A program made the position numbers and the translations under genes. From contig JBBSXO010000003.1 of NCBI GenBank assembly GCA_038045705.1, positions 32,001 to 96,000 on the forward strand: a stretch of 64,000 nt of DNA, in the 5' to 3' direction. The stretch comes from Nanobdellota archaeon. Its GTDB lineage: Archaea > Nanobdellota > Nanobdellia > Pacearchaeales > GW2011-AR1. A model generated the notes under the pieces. It was not told where the DNA came from, did no database searches, and was given only the letters and a program-made list of their open reading frames with translations. This document shows positions 10,125 through 19,504 of the stretch, in pieces (positions within the stretch are counted from its first letter, which is position 1; each line of letters begins with the position of its first letter).

Positions 10125-10658
10125 ATGAAAAACAAGATAATTATTTTACCAGCATTAGCAATTTTAATGCTATTTGTAATAATGGGAGTAGCATCAGCTT
10201 GTTCATGTATATATCTAGAGGATACACAAGCAAGAATCGAGAATGCAGACTATGTATTCACAGGAAAGATATCTGAGATAAGATTATCAGGTTCAGAATA
10301 TAATAAAGAACAGGAAGCTACAATTAGAATAACGCAATATTGGAAACCATCAAGTTTCCCAGAATCAGTAAATCTCATATTTTATTCCACAAGAGATACA
10401 GGAGCTAACTGTGGATATAATTTTGAAGAAGGAAAAGAATACCTTATTTATGCAAGTTTAGACGCTGAAACAGGTAAAATCTCAACAAACTCTTGCATGG
10501 GAAATTTATTACTAGAAGAATCAAAAGATGAAATAAACGAGCTTAATGACTTAATTGAACCAGTTTCAAGACCAGGAACGAATGATGGAAAAGTAGAGCC
10601 TATTCAAAAAAGTGTCTTTTCAAGATTAATTGATTGGATAAAGAGTCTATTTTCTTAA
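10125..10658 (+). CDS. Secreted TIMP/NTR-like protein
   Basis: Signal peptide then A-CSC, ADYVFTGKI, NCGYNFEEGKEYLIYA, TNSC. Confidence 0.7.
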   Translation: MKNKIIILPALAILMLFVIMGVASACSCIYLEDTQARIENADYVFTGKISEIRLSGSEYNKEQEATIRITQYWKPSSFPESVNLIFYSTRDTGANCGYNFEEGKEYLIYASLDAETGKISTNSCMGNLLLEESKDEINELNDLIEPVSRPGTNDGKVEPIQKSVFSRLIDWIKSLFS

Positions 10659-10708
10659 TTCTAGTAAACCGAAACATTAAAAAGAACTATTTATGATTTG
10701 ATACTATC

Positions 10709-10837
10709 GAGCCCATAGCTCAGCCCGGTTAGAGCACTGCTCTTATATGATTGTGCTTCACAAGAAGCATAAGTTCAAGCTATAAAGCTAACAGCTAAGA
10801 ACAGCAGGGGTCCCAGGTTCAAATCCTGGTGGGCTCA
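10709..10837 (+). tRNA. tRNA-Ile(UAU) with 54-nt intron (10748..10801) at 37/38
   Basis: GAGCCCA/TGGGCTC acceptor, CTGCT/AGCAG anticodon stem, CT-TAT-A loop, GTTCAAATC T-loop; CTTA:TAAG helix with two 3-nt bulges. Confidence 0.9.
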
Positions 10838-10894
10838 TTAAAAACAGTATTTGAACACAACAATCATTTTAAACGAAAAACATTAACTCAAAAC

Positions 10895-11308
10895 ATGGGA
10901 GATGGAAGACCTAGACCTTTAAAAGGAGGAATGTTTGCATTTGCATATTCTTTTCTTTCAAGTGTGAGATATTTAGTAAATGAGGATTATCAAATTCCTC
11001 ATAGATCCAATCCAGATTTACATAAATCATTAGAAAGAGCTTTGGAAGAAGCACCACAAGATCTCAAAGAGATGTTTCATTTCAGAGGTAGCGTGTTTAG
11101 TATGTCTGAAGAGTTAGATGATTTAATAACCATAGGCCAAGATGCAATGCTTATAGAAACAGCAGATAGAGGCTATAAAATAACATTTTCTAGATGGAAT
11201 GCAAAAGATATATTAAAAGAAAGTAGATATGATAAGGAACAAATAGGAGCAATCCAATCCCTTGCAAAAAGATTTGTAGAAAATTTAGCACAACCAAGAA
11301 CTAATTAA
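10895..11308 (+). CDS. Hypothetical protein
   Basis: Track start (10829) lies inside the tRNA; ATG 10895 (MGDGRPRPL) more plausible. Confidence 0.6.
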   Translation: MGDGRPRPLKGGMFAFAYSFLSSVRYLVNEDYQIPHRSNPDLHKSLERALEEAPQDLKEMFHFRGSVFSMSEELDDLITIGQDAMLIETADRGYKITFSRWNAKDILKESRYDKEQIGAIQSLAKRFVENLAQPRTN

Positions 11309-11711
11309 AAGGACTAAAACCTTTTTTCAACAAATTTTCAATTGGTAAAAATAGAGGTTTAGGTAATTGATTCCAACTAAACCATTTCCATTCTTCACAT
11401 TTTTCAGGCTCCATAATTCTAACCTCGCCACTAACATAATCACCAATCAAAAACAAAGTGATGTAATGTTTTCCTTCAGAAATATGCAAGTCATTAGTAA
11501 ATGTTGCAAATTTTAAATTCTCAATATTAATTCCAGCTTCCTCTAGAATCTCACGTTTAGCACATTCCTCAACTTCTTCATTAAATTCTAAGTGTCCTCC
11601 AGGAAAAGACCAAGTTCCATTACCATGTAAGCTTTTGCGCTTACCTAGAAGAACCTTGCCGTCTTTAACGACTATTGCGGCAACTCCAACTTTAGGCCCA
11701 TTATCAATCAT
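11301..11711 (-). CDS. Nudix hydrolase (NUDT15/MutT-like)
   Basis: WSFPGGHLEFNEEVEECAKREILEEAG Nudix box; MEPEKCEEWKW. Confidence 0.9.
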   Translation of the reverse strand: MIDNGPKVGVAAIVVKDGKVLLGKRKSLHGNGTWSFPGGHLEFNEEVEECAKREILEEAGINIENLKFATFTNDLHISEGKHYITLFLIGDYVSGEVRIMEPEKCEEWKWFSWNQLPKPLFLPIENLLKKGFSPFN

Positions 11712-12691
11712 TTCTTACAAACTACCAAAGCATACTCATTACCTTGATCAACAATTATTTTAGGATTAGAAAAATACATTTTACAAAATTCTTCAAACTC
11801 CTTAGAATAATATTTGTAAAGAGCAGCAACCACAAACTCATCACCTGCTTTAAAATCAACTTTCTTTCCATCAATATTTTTAGTAAACTCATTCTTTAAT
11901 TTATAGACAAATTCTATACGAGAATTTCCAAACCTAACATCAAACTCAAAATCTCCTTCACTAAAGCCAAGACCAAACATTAAATGCTTTAACCAATCAT
12001 GAAAAGCAGGGTTTTTGTATTTATGAATATCCACAAGTCTATCTCCAACTCGAATACCATTTCCTATAATAAGAACATCTCCTTTAGACAGATCTCTTTC
12101 AAGTTCAAATAAATATTCATTAATATCGAAACAAGCTATTACACCACCAAGTAAGACAACAACATTTTTTAGATAATTATCAGATTTTAATTTTTTAGCA
12201 ATTGGTCTCAATGCTCGCCCATCTCCAGAAGAAAGAAATGGTTTACATTCTTTCAAATTAGAAAATCCAGCCTTATTAACATTAGAAACAGCAAGGTCAA
12301 GCAAATATTGAGAAGAATTTAAAGGACAATACCTAATATTCACATTACCAGAAGTAATAGAATTAAATTCTTTAATAAACTCAACAACTTTAAGTCCGTC
12401 ACCACAATAAATATCTATTAAGTTAAAATTTTCATTCCCAACATCTTCCGCAATGAGTCTTGCCTGTTTCTTAATCATTTCAACTTCCATATCAAAAAAC
12501 TGCTTGCTATAAATAGGATTTTTAGAAAATTTTAAAAAACCTTTTGCTAAATCATCAGTTAGACCAAGATATTGTAACTCTGTCAATTCCCAAGATTTAT
12601 TCCCATTAGATCTAGAAAAACCATTTTTGAGAAAACCCTGTAACAAAACATCGTGCAACCATAAGTTTGCTTCAGACTTTGTAACAGTCAT
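11708..12691 (-). CDS. EgtD-like (histidine N-methyltransferase family) SAM-dependent methyltransferase
   Basis: DIYCGDGLK motif I variant, YCPLNSSQYLL, LLGGVIACF, C-terminal LYKY. Confidence 0.6.
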   Translation of the reverse strand: MTVTKSEANLWLHDVLLQGFLKNGFSRSNGNKSWELTELQYLGLTDDLAKGFLKFSKNPIYSKQFFDMEVEMIKKQARLIAEDVGNENFNLIDIYCGDGLKVVEFIKEFNSITSGNVNIRYCPLNSSQYLLDLAVSNVNKAGFSNLKECKPFLSSGDGRALRPIAKKLKSDNYLKNVVVLLGGVIACFDINEYLFELERDLSKGDVLIIGNGIRVGDRLVDIHKYKNPAFHDWLKHLMFGLGFSEGDFEFDVRFGNSRIEFVYKLKNEFTKNIDGKKVDFKAGDEFVVAALYKYYSKEFEEFCKMYFSNPKIIVDQGNEYALVVCKK

Positions 12692-12853
12692 AAATCTTCT
12701 GAGAATACATCCTTTTTATGTTTTACTATGGATATTTCACTGTACATTGATGAACAGCAAAAACGTTTAAAAATTGCATTCGATAACAATTTTTAAGCCT
12801 ATTAACGTCAGTTAATAATGTTTAAAAGGCATCTTTAACAATAAAAAAGATAA

Positions 12854-12926
12854 GCCCTTGTAGTCTAGTGGTCAAGGACGCGGCCCTTTCGCGGCCGAAA
12901 CCCGGGTTCAAATCCCGGCAGGGGCA
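12854..12926 (+). tRNA. tRNA-Glu(UUC)
   Basis: GCCCTTG/CAGGGGC acceptor, CGGCC-CT-TTC-GC-GGCCG, GTTCAAATC. Confidence 0.95.
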
Positions 12927-13010
12927 TACCGACTTTAGCTCACATCCCTCCTAAAGTCGAAGGATATAATCCTTCTCGACAAACTTTATTAGTGTTCGCC
13001 ACAAACGGAC

Positions 13011-13103
13011 ATGAACATACACAACTTAAAGAGACGATATGAAAGAATACAAAAGAGACTACGAGAATTACCTCTTCTAGAAAACAATAGACAAAATGTA
13101 TAA
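13011..13103 (+). pseudogene. Probable truncated N-terminus of a tyrosine recombinase
   Basis: MNIHNLKRRYERIQKRLRELPLLENNRQNV* resembles, from recall, the N-termini of DPANN tRNA-adjacent integrases; sits just inside the left repeat. Confidence 0.5.
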
Positions 13104-13126
13104 ATACTCCTAAACTTTTTATAAGT

Positions 13127-13642
13127 ATGAAGTGGTGGTTAGTTATTATTTTACTTATTGTTCTTTTCTTTGCTCTATTCTTTACTTTTAATCCGCTCTC
13201 AAAAAATGTTGGAACTGACGAATCTGTTAGTGGTCAATTGAACAGCAATCAATCTGCCATTGAGAATAATAATGAATTTATTGCTGAAAATTCTACTAAT
13301 ACAAATGATACTTTAAATAACGAAGAAGCGGTTTCTAACGGTATTTGTCCTTTAGATAATTTGTTTTCACATAATGTTATATGTGAATGCCCTGATGAAT
13401 ATACAAAAATTGGTTGGAGTTTGGGTGGAAGATGGTCTAATGGAACTTATGGTTGGTATTATTGTGATATAAACAAAGATTGGCAGGAATTTGAAAGATG
13501 TAATTCCGAAACAGATTGCACACACCCTTATGTTTGTATAGCTCGTCATAGTTATAAAAATGATTTTAGGTGTTCACCTCCATTATATAGAGATACCTTA
13601 GGATCACGATGTGATCTTAATGGTGTTTGTGGCACGGCTTAA
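13127..13642 (+). CDS. Membrane-anchored Cys-rich extracellular protein
   Basis: N-terminal TM, N/S/E-rich linker, 10 Cys in C-terminal half. Confidence 0.75.
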   Translation: MKWWLVIILLIVLFFALFFTFNPLSKNVGTDESVSGQLNSNQSAIENNNEFIAENSTNTNDTLNNEEAVSNGICPLDNLFSHNVICECPDEYTKIGWSLGGRWSNGTYGWYYCDINKDWQEFERCNSETDCTHPYVCIARHSYKNDFRCSPPLYRDTLGSRCDLNGVCGTA

Positions 13643-13748
13643 ATCAAATCAAAATGCCATTGGAGCCTCAAGTGCAACAATAAATACATTACTCTTATTC
13701 TACCTGCGTCTTACAAAGATTTATAAGTAAGGAATTTCTTACTTTACA

Positions 13749-14006
13749 ATGGAAGTTAAAATAATAAAAGTCACAGATAAGGGTCAGATCTCTTTGCCTA
13801 TTAGTATGCGTCAATCTTTGGGAATTAATCAAGGAGATGATTTAATAGTGACTAGAGCAGATGACTGTGTAATAATAAAGAAAGTGAAAAAAGAGGATTT
13901 TAGAGATTTGCTAAAACTTTCAGAGCTTTCTCTCAAAGAAATCTGGGATAACAAAGAAGACGATATTTGGAATGATTATTTAAAACCAGAGAAGTCTAAA
14001 AAATGA
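13749..14006 (+). CDS. AbrB/MazE-family antitoxin
   Basis: KVTDKGQISLPISMRQSLGINQGD; C-terminal WDNKEDDIW. Confidence 0.85.
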   Translation: MEVKIIKVTDKGQISLPISMRQSLGINQGDDLIVTRADDCVIIKKVKKEDFRDLLKLSELSLKEIWDNKEDDIWNDYLKPEKSKK

Positions 14007-14341
14007 ACGTTAAACAACAAGATTTAGTTTTAGTTCCTTATCCATTCACTAATCTCAAAGAGGAAAAAGTAAGGCCAGCAGTCATTCTTTCTAATGAGTC
14101 TTATAATAAACAATCAAAAGATTGCATTGCACTACCTTTAACATCAGTAATTAATGAAAATCCATTTTCTATTCTTATTTCACAAAATGATATGCAAGAT
14201 GGAAACTTAATCAAACAGAGCAGTATCCGTACCGATAAAATTTTTAGTGTTCAGAAAAACTTAATTCGAATGCGAATAGGTTCCCTAAAGAAATCAGTAT
14301 TTGATAAAGTCAGAGATGAATTATTTAGAATAATCCAATAA
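14003..14341 (+). CDS. PemK/MazF-family toxin
   Basis: DLVLVPYPFTNLKEEKVRPAVILSNESYN...LPLTS; overlaps antitoxin by 4 nt. Confidence 0.9.
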   Translation: MNVKQQDLVLVPYPFTNLKEEKVRPAVILSNESYNKQSKDCIALPLTSVINENPFSILISQNDMQDGNLIKQSSIRTDKIFSVQKNLIRMRIGSLKKSVFDKVRDELFRIIQ

Positions 14342-14395
14342 AAATAAATCCCACCATTATGCCAAGTGAGCACAGAGACCGGCAGGGGCATTTAC

Positions 14396-14893
14396 CTATT
14401 TCTTTCGAGTAACCACAATCATAGGACGTAAACGCAAATCATTCTTTGACTTAATATATTCACCTTTGAAATCGAACCATACCTTGCTAAAAGTACTCAA
14501 AGAAATCTTCTTATAATGTGCATCTTCAGGATCAATAAAATATACATTTAATTTATCAATGCCAACAACAACGGAATAATGTCCCTCATTTTCATAAAAC
14601 CAGTTAATTATAACTGGAATCTTTTTAATTACAACAAATTCACGCAATTGAGCTAAATTAGAATTTTCTATGTATTTTACATTAAACCCGTAATGTTTTG
14701 CTGCATTAACCATATCAAACGGGCTAGTTCCAACATTAGTATCATTAACAATAGTACCTGCTACCTTAGCAATTTCTTTCTCATCAATTTCTTTTCCATA
14801 ATAATCAAAGACCATCTTTAAACAAAAAGGTCCACAATAAGAAGGAGTTTGACGCATAGGTTTGACATTTAACATAAAGTAAAAAACATTCAA
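14396..14893 (-). CDS. C39-like cysteine peptidase
   Basis: QTPSYCGPFCLKMVFDYYG, GHYSVVVG, FIDP. Confidence 0.85.
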   Translation of the reverse strand: MNVFYFMLNVKPMRQTPSYCGPFCLKMVFDYYGKEIDEKEIAKVAGTIVNDTNVGTSPFDMVNAAKHYGFNVKYIENSNLAQLREFVVIKKIPVIINWFYENEGHYSVVVGIDKLNVYFIDPEDAHYKKISLSTFSKVWFDFKGEYIKSKNDLRLRPMIVVTRKK

Positions 14894-14904
14894 TAGTTTA
14901 AAAA

Positions 14905-15474
14905 TTATACTAGATCTTTAACTTTCCTATGGTAAATAAATCCTAAAATTAAACCAAAAAACATACCAGATAAATGTGCAAGATTTGCAACATTACTTGG
15001 AACAAACAACCCTATCAAATCTCCTGCTGCCCATATTATTCCAGCAATAAAAAGGGGCATGGGAAATCCAAATGCCCAAACAAACATCAAAGGGCGAATA
15101 GCAACTAAAGCACCGATAACTCCAAAAATAGCTCCACTAGCCCCAAGAGAAGAATTATAAAAATTAACAGAAACAATATTAGCGAGCAACCCAGTAACGA
15201 AAAATACCATCAAGAATCTTTTACTTCCAAGAAATCTCTCAAGCATACTGCCAAAAAAAGCAAGAGCAAAAGTGTTGTAAAGCAAATGGGCAAATCCTCC
15301 ATGTAAAAATATAGCTGTCAAAAACCTCCAGATCTCAATATAAGAATCAGAATTAAGTAAAAATAAATCAGTAAAACTATCAAACATAAGTTGCATCAAA
15401 AAAACCAAAAGCATCCATCCACAAAGTTTTAGAGCGTAAAAGCGAAATCTATCTTTTCTAGCCATTATAAACAA
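14905..15474 (-). CDS. Rhomboid intramembrane serine protease
   Basis: WRFLTAIFLHGG..HLLYN, GASGAIFG, AHLSG. Confidence 0.95.
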   Translation of the reverse strand: MFIMARKDRFRFYALKLCGWMLLVFLMQLMFDSFTDLFLLNSDSYIEIWRFLTAIFLHGGFAHLLYNTFALAFFGSMLERFLGSKRFLMVFFVTGLLANIVSVNFYNSSLGASGAIFGVIGALVAIRPLMFVWAFGFPMPLFIAGIIWAAGDLIGLFVPSNVANLAHLSGMFFGLILGFIYHRKVKDLV

Positions 15475-15638
15475 AAAACCTTAAACTTTATAAACCATTC
15501 AAAACTTGAATAAATATGAATACACAAACCACGAGGTTTATTCATTGTCGCTAATGTAAGCAAACCTAGTTCTAACATTTTCTCACAAAAACAATATTCA
15601 CAGTCTTTATATATCAGATATAAAGAAGAATTAAATAT

Positions 15639-15710
15639 GGCGGATGTTGTGTAATGGTAGCATACCGGCTTGTGGCGCCGTTGGAGTGGGTCCGATTCCC
15701 ACCTTCCGCT
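15639..15710 (+). tRNA. tRNA-His(GUG), non-canonical, encoded G-1
   Basis: G-GCGGATG...CCGGC-TT-GTG-GC-GCCGT...GTGGG-TCCGATT-CCCAC-CTTCCGC-T. Confidence 0.8.
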
Positions 15711-15720
15711 TTGAAATAAA

Positions 15721-16953
15721 ATGATATACCAACCAGAAACAGTAAAGGGATTTGAAGATTATCTTCCTCCAGAATCTCAAAAAAGAGAGAAAATAAAAGA
15801 GATAGCTAAGAAATATTTCAAGCTCTATGGGTTTTTACCAGTTGAAACCCCATCAATAGAATTCGATGAATTGATGCGAACAGATGGAATAGGAGAAGAA
15901 GATGAAGCTGTTAGAGATAGATTCAGATTAAAAGACAGAGCAAATAGAAATCTAGGTCTAAGATATGAGTTTACATTCCAGTTAGCAAGAATTTTCAAAC
16001 AAAATCCAAATATTAAACTTCCATTCAAAAAATACCAAATTGGAGAGAACTTTAGAGACGAACCAATAAGAACAGGTAGAACTCGCCAGTTTACTCAATG
16101 TGACATCGACATAATAGGAGATTCTTCGATAAATGCCGATGCAGAATGTATAGCCGTAGTTTCAGATATATTAAAAGAATTAAGAATAGAAAATGTAGAA
16201 ATCCAAATTAATAATAGGAAATTAGTAGACGAAATAATAAAATCTGTTCAAATATCTGAAAAACAAGCAGTACTAAGGGAAATAGATAAAATAGATAAAA
16301 TAGGAGAAGATCAAGTAAAGATGAATCTTAAAAAATATGCAGATTCAAATCAAATTCTAAGCCTTTTCAAATTGATGGATAAAGACACTTCATTCTTTAA
16401 AGACAATATGTTTGATGGAGCTCAAGAATTAATAGATTTAACTCAAAAATGCAAAGAATATGGAATAACTGCAAAATTCAATCCAAAACTAATGAGAGGT
16501 TTCAATTATTACACTGGAAATGTCTTTGAATTATTAATGGGAAAAACTGCTATTTTAGGAGGTGGAAGATATGATAAACTAGTAGGCAAATATGTAAACA
16601 AAGAAATCCCAGCTGTCGGAATTTCATTTAGCATAGAAGCAATAACAGGTCTATGTCCAAAAGAAATTAACCAACTAGAAATAGAAAACACCAAAGCAGT
16701 AATAATTTCTATAGATAAAGACAAAGAAGCAATTAAACTAGCACAATCTCTAAGAAAAAACAATATAAGTTGTATAATAAATTCAAATGGTCCTGGAAAA
16801 GCACTAGAATATGCAAATTCATATCAAATTCAATATGCTATATTTGTAGGCAAAGAAGAAATATCAAAGAAGAAATTTAAGTTAAGAGACATGAAATCAG
16901 GAGAAGAGTCTATATTAGCAGAAAAGTCAATTATCTCAAAATTGAAAGATTAA
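15721..16953 (+). CDS. hisS: Histidyl-tRNA synthetase
   Basis: VKGFEDYLP, LRYEFT, FRDE...GRTRQFTQCDID, RGFNYYTG, GGGRYD. Confidence 0.95.
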   Translation: MIYQPETVKGFEDYLPPESQKREKIKEIAKKYFKLYGFLPVETPSIEFDELMRTDGIGEEDEAVRDRFRLKDRANRNLGLRYEFTFQLARIFKQNPNIKLPFKKYQIGENFRDEPIRTGRTRQFTQCDIDIIGDSSINADAECIAVVSDILKELRIENVEIQINNRKLVDEIIKSVQISEKQAVLREIDKIDKIGEDQVKMNLKKYADSNQILSLFKLMDKDTSFFKDNMFDGAQELIDLTQKCKEYGITAKFNPKLMRGFNYYTGNVFELLMGKTAILGGGRYDKLVGKYVNKEIPAVGISFSIEAITGLCPKEINQLEIENTKAVIISIDKDKEAIKLAQSLRKNNISCIINSNGPGKALEYANSYQIQYAIFVGKEEISKKKFKLRDMKSGEESILAEKSIISKLKD

Positions 16954-18119
16954 TCTCTTCTCATCAATTCTTCATATTCTTTTGAAAATCTAAAATCTAA
17001 ACAAGACATTAGTTGATTAGCAGATGTCCTCCCTAATCCTTTTGCAGCTTGTACAAATAATCCTTTAATTAAATGATCTACTTCATCTGGTAAAAATCGA
17101 GCCGTAACTTTAGTTTCAATACCCTTTTGAGTAGGATGTTGGACAAAAACAAGTTCTTTATCTACATTAGTATATATTCCATAAAGAGCTCCCCAATTAG
17201 TATTAAGAAAATGGTTAGGAATATTCTCTCCCTTAGTAATATCATCTTCATTAATGGACATTAAATCTGTTCTTGTGAAATATCTCTGTACTGGAAAATC
17301 AAAATCTCCATAATTTCTAGTAGCTGTTCCCATGTTTTGTCCCAAGCTTCTAGCTAATTCAACTACTTCTTTATAATTGTCTTTTAGAGATTGAGATGGT
17401 AATTTATGATGTTCAATCCATTTTAATAGTGCAACTAAAAGATGAGGTTCAGTTGAATGGTATGCAATAACCTTGTTTAAATCAGATTCAGGTATAGGTC
17501 TATAAGAAACTCTATTTCCTATAGGGTCTGTTGTTTCGTAAGGAGTTACATCGGTTTGAAATATCCTTAAATCACTATTGGTGTCTCCGGTAATTTGACT
17601 GATAACAAATTTTCCATCCCCTCTTTTAGTCTGCCAAGTGTATCCTTCTCTCAGAACTCCCTCGTTTACTGTCTCATCAATAAGAGCTGCAACAGAACCA
17701 GTTAAATCTGTTAAATTATCAAATCTAAACTTCTTATAATCCCATAATTCATCTCCATTTAGAACTTGAGAAGCTGGATAACCTAAAATCCCAAGTATAT
17801 CTTCAATTTCTACTTGTTCAATATATTCTTTGCCAGATCTTTTTATTTTCCAAGGGTGTTTATCTCTATTTTTATAGACTTCATCTATTCCATCTTGAAA
17901 ACATGATCTTTCTTTAGGAGGAAGAGTCTTAAATAAACCTCTGTCGCCCATCTCTTTAACAACAGAACGAATTTCATCATCATCAATAAAAAAATGCCCA
18001 AAGTCCAATCTGCCACCAGAATTTTTAAGTCTAATTTTTTCAGCTATTCCACTTATTTCTAATTTAGATCTGGCTTCAGGATAAAGAGTATAACCAAAAG
18101 ACCTCATAAAAGAACACAA
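16950..18119 (-). CDS. Hypothetical protein
   Basis: 389-aa open frame, no recognised motif. Confidence 0.7.
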   Translation of the reverse strand: MCSFMRSFGYTLYPEARSKLEISGIAEKIRLKNSGGRLDFGHFFIDDDEIRSVVKEMGDRGLFKTLPPKERSCFQDGIDEVYKNRDKHPWKIKRSGKEYIEQVEIEDILGILGYPASQVLNGDELWDYKKFRFDNLTDLTGSVAALIDETVNEGVLREGYTWQTKRGDGKFVISQITGDTNSDLRIFQTDVTPYETTDPIGNRVSYRPIPESDLNKVIAYHSTEPHLLVALLKWIEHHKLPSQSLKDNYKEVVELARSLGQNMGTATRNYGDFDFPVQRYFTRTDLMSINEDDITKGENIPNHFLNTNWGALYGIYTNVDKELVFVQHPTQKGIETKVTARFLPDEVDHLIKGLFVQAAKGLGRTSANQLMSCLDFRFSKEYEELMRRD

Positions 18120-18177
18120 TCAGTTCCATATTAAAAGATTGTTGCATTAAACTTTCTCTTCTATGACAGCCAATCTC

Positions 18178-18528
18178 TTAATTAAATTTCTCAAGAAACA
18201 ACTTCTTAATTTTATCAAATCTTTTTGAATCTTTGAAAATTATAACATCACAATAGTTAGAAGTGAAAATAATGTAAATATCTTCATCATTCCCAAAAAA
18301 TTTAAATTCTTTATCTTTAAAATAGTTGATACCACTTAAATGAGATTCACTAGATCCACACCAATCATCTAAGTCTTGACTCTCTAAACCACTAATATTT
18401 TGATTTATAGATTTTAAAACATTATGCAACGTCTTGATAACATCATCTGTAAGCTTGATCTTCATCCAAAGCGATCTTTTAGAATCAAACAAACTAGTAA
18501 TTTTTATACCCATATAAAAATAAAACAA
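18178..18528 (-). CDS. Hypothetical protein
   Basis: 116-aa ORF downstream of scpA. Confidence 0.55.
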   Translation of the reverse strand: MFYFYMGIKITSLFDSKRSLWMKIKLTDDVIKTLHNVLKSINQNISGLESQDLDDWCGSSESHLSGINYFKDKEFKFFGNDEDIYIIFTSNYCDVIIFKDSKRFDKIKKLFLEKFN

Positions 18529-18542
18529 TTGAATTATATAAA

Positions 18543-19379
18543 TTAAACTATATTTTTTTCTATTTTAGCCTCAACTTCATTTTCCTCTTCTAATAATTCC
18601 ATCTCATTTTTTAAACGCTCTAGTAGATCCTTGTTTTTTTCTTCATAAATTTCCTTCAATAAAATCCATATCTCTTCAAAATGTCCTTCTTGTTCTAACC
18701 AGACTTTCTGCTGATTATCTAAATGTAAAAGAGATACAAATGTAAGTAATCTTTCTTCAGGATCTAGAGAAGATAATTCAGAAAAAGCAACTCTTTCATC
18801 ACTCTTAGAAAAAATATTTTTAAGTTTCGAATATATTCCTTTTATCTTATCTTGCAAATTAAAGAGTTTTTTAGGAATAGGAAGATAAGCATCTATTTCA
18901 TGTTGTTTCAAAATAAGAGCCTTCTTTTCACGTCTACTTTCAGTATTCATAGCCTTACTCAAAGCTAAAATAAGCTCTTGCAATGAAACTTTCTTATGCC
19001 TAGGAAGAGGAGTTCTAGGAATTAATTCAGGTATATCTTCATCAAGTTCTATTCTTTCTTGAGTATAAGTTTTTTCTTCTTTTTTCCCATATAAAATATC
19101 ATCAAGAGATTGTAAATCTTTACTCAATAAAATCTCTGATTTGAGTCTTAAAAGAAGAGAAGCAGCAAGTAAAACCTTAGAAGAAACAAAGAAATTAGCT
19201 TCTTCCAACTCGCGAACCTTCAGAATATACTTATTAGCCAATATACTCAAGTTTATATCCCAAGGGTCAAGTTGTTCAGAGTTAATAAGATCATAAATAA
19301 TAGTCTGCCAGCTTAATCTATTATCGAAAAGCAAATCATGTATCTGATCCTGTCCGACTTTCTCCTTAACTTCAGCCAT
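18543..19379 (-). CDS. scpA: Segregation and condensation protein A (kleisin)
   Basis: LDPWDINLSIL, LLAASLLLRLKSE, TFVSLLHL...LEQEGHFEEIWI. Confidence 0.9.
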   Translation of the reverse strand: MAEVKEKVGQDQIHDLLFDNRLSWQTIIYDLINSEQLDPWDINLSILANKYILKVRELEEANFFVSSKVLLAASLLLRLKSEILLSKDLQSLDDILYGKKEEKTYTQERIELDEDIPELIPRTPLPRHKKVSLQELILALSKAMNTESRREKKALILKQHEIDAYLPIPKKLFNLQDKIKGIYSKLKNIFSKSDERVAFSELSSLDPEERLLTFVSLLHLDNQQKVWLEQEGHFEEIWILLKEIYEEKNKDLLERLKNEMELLEEENEVEAKIEKNIV

Positions 19380-19504
19380 AATAACAACACAACATAAGAT
19401 TAAATAAACTTATAGTTCTAAATTGAAACCAGTTGATTGTGTCGTAACTATATAATAAGAACATAATCGAAAGATTTAAATAGTAGTCTAAGTTCGCTTA
19501 ATTA

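Larger units (their letters stand above)
12915..14391. mobile_element. Degenerate tRNA-Glu-anchored mini-island (~1.5 kb)
   Basis: 13-bp direct repeat CCGGCAGGGGCAT at 12915..12927 (tRNA 3' end) and 14379..14391; encloses an integrase-like fragment, a Cys-rich gene and a TA pair. Confidence 0.8.

Noticed and set aside
10829-10894. 5' extension of ORF 10829..11308
   Set aside because: Start lies within tRNA-Ile; ATG 10895 preferred
12991-13010. GTGTTCGCCACAAACG resembling a fluoride riboswitch
   Set aside because: Lacks the upstream GGCGATG pairing strand and a crcB-type downstream gene
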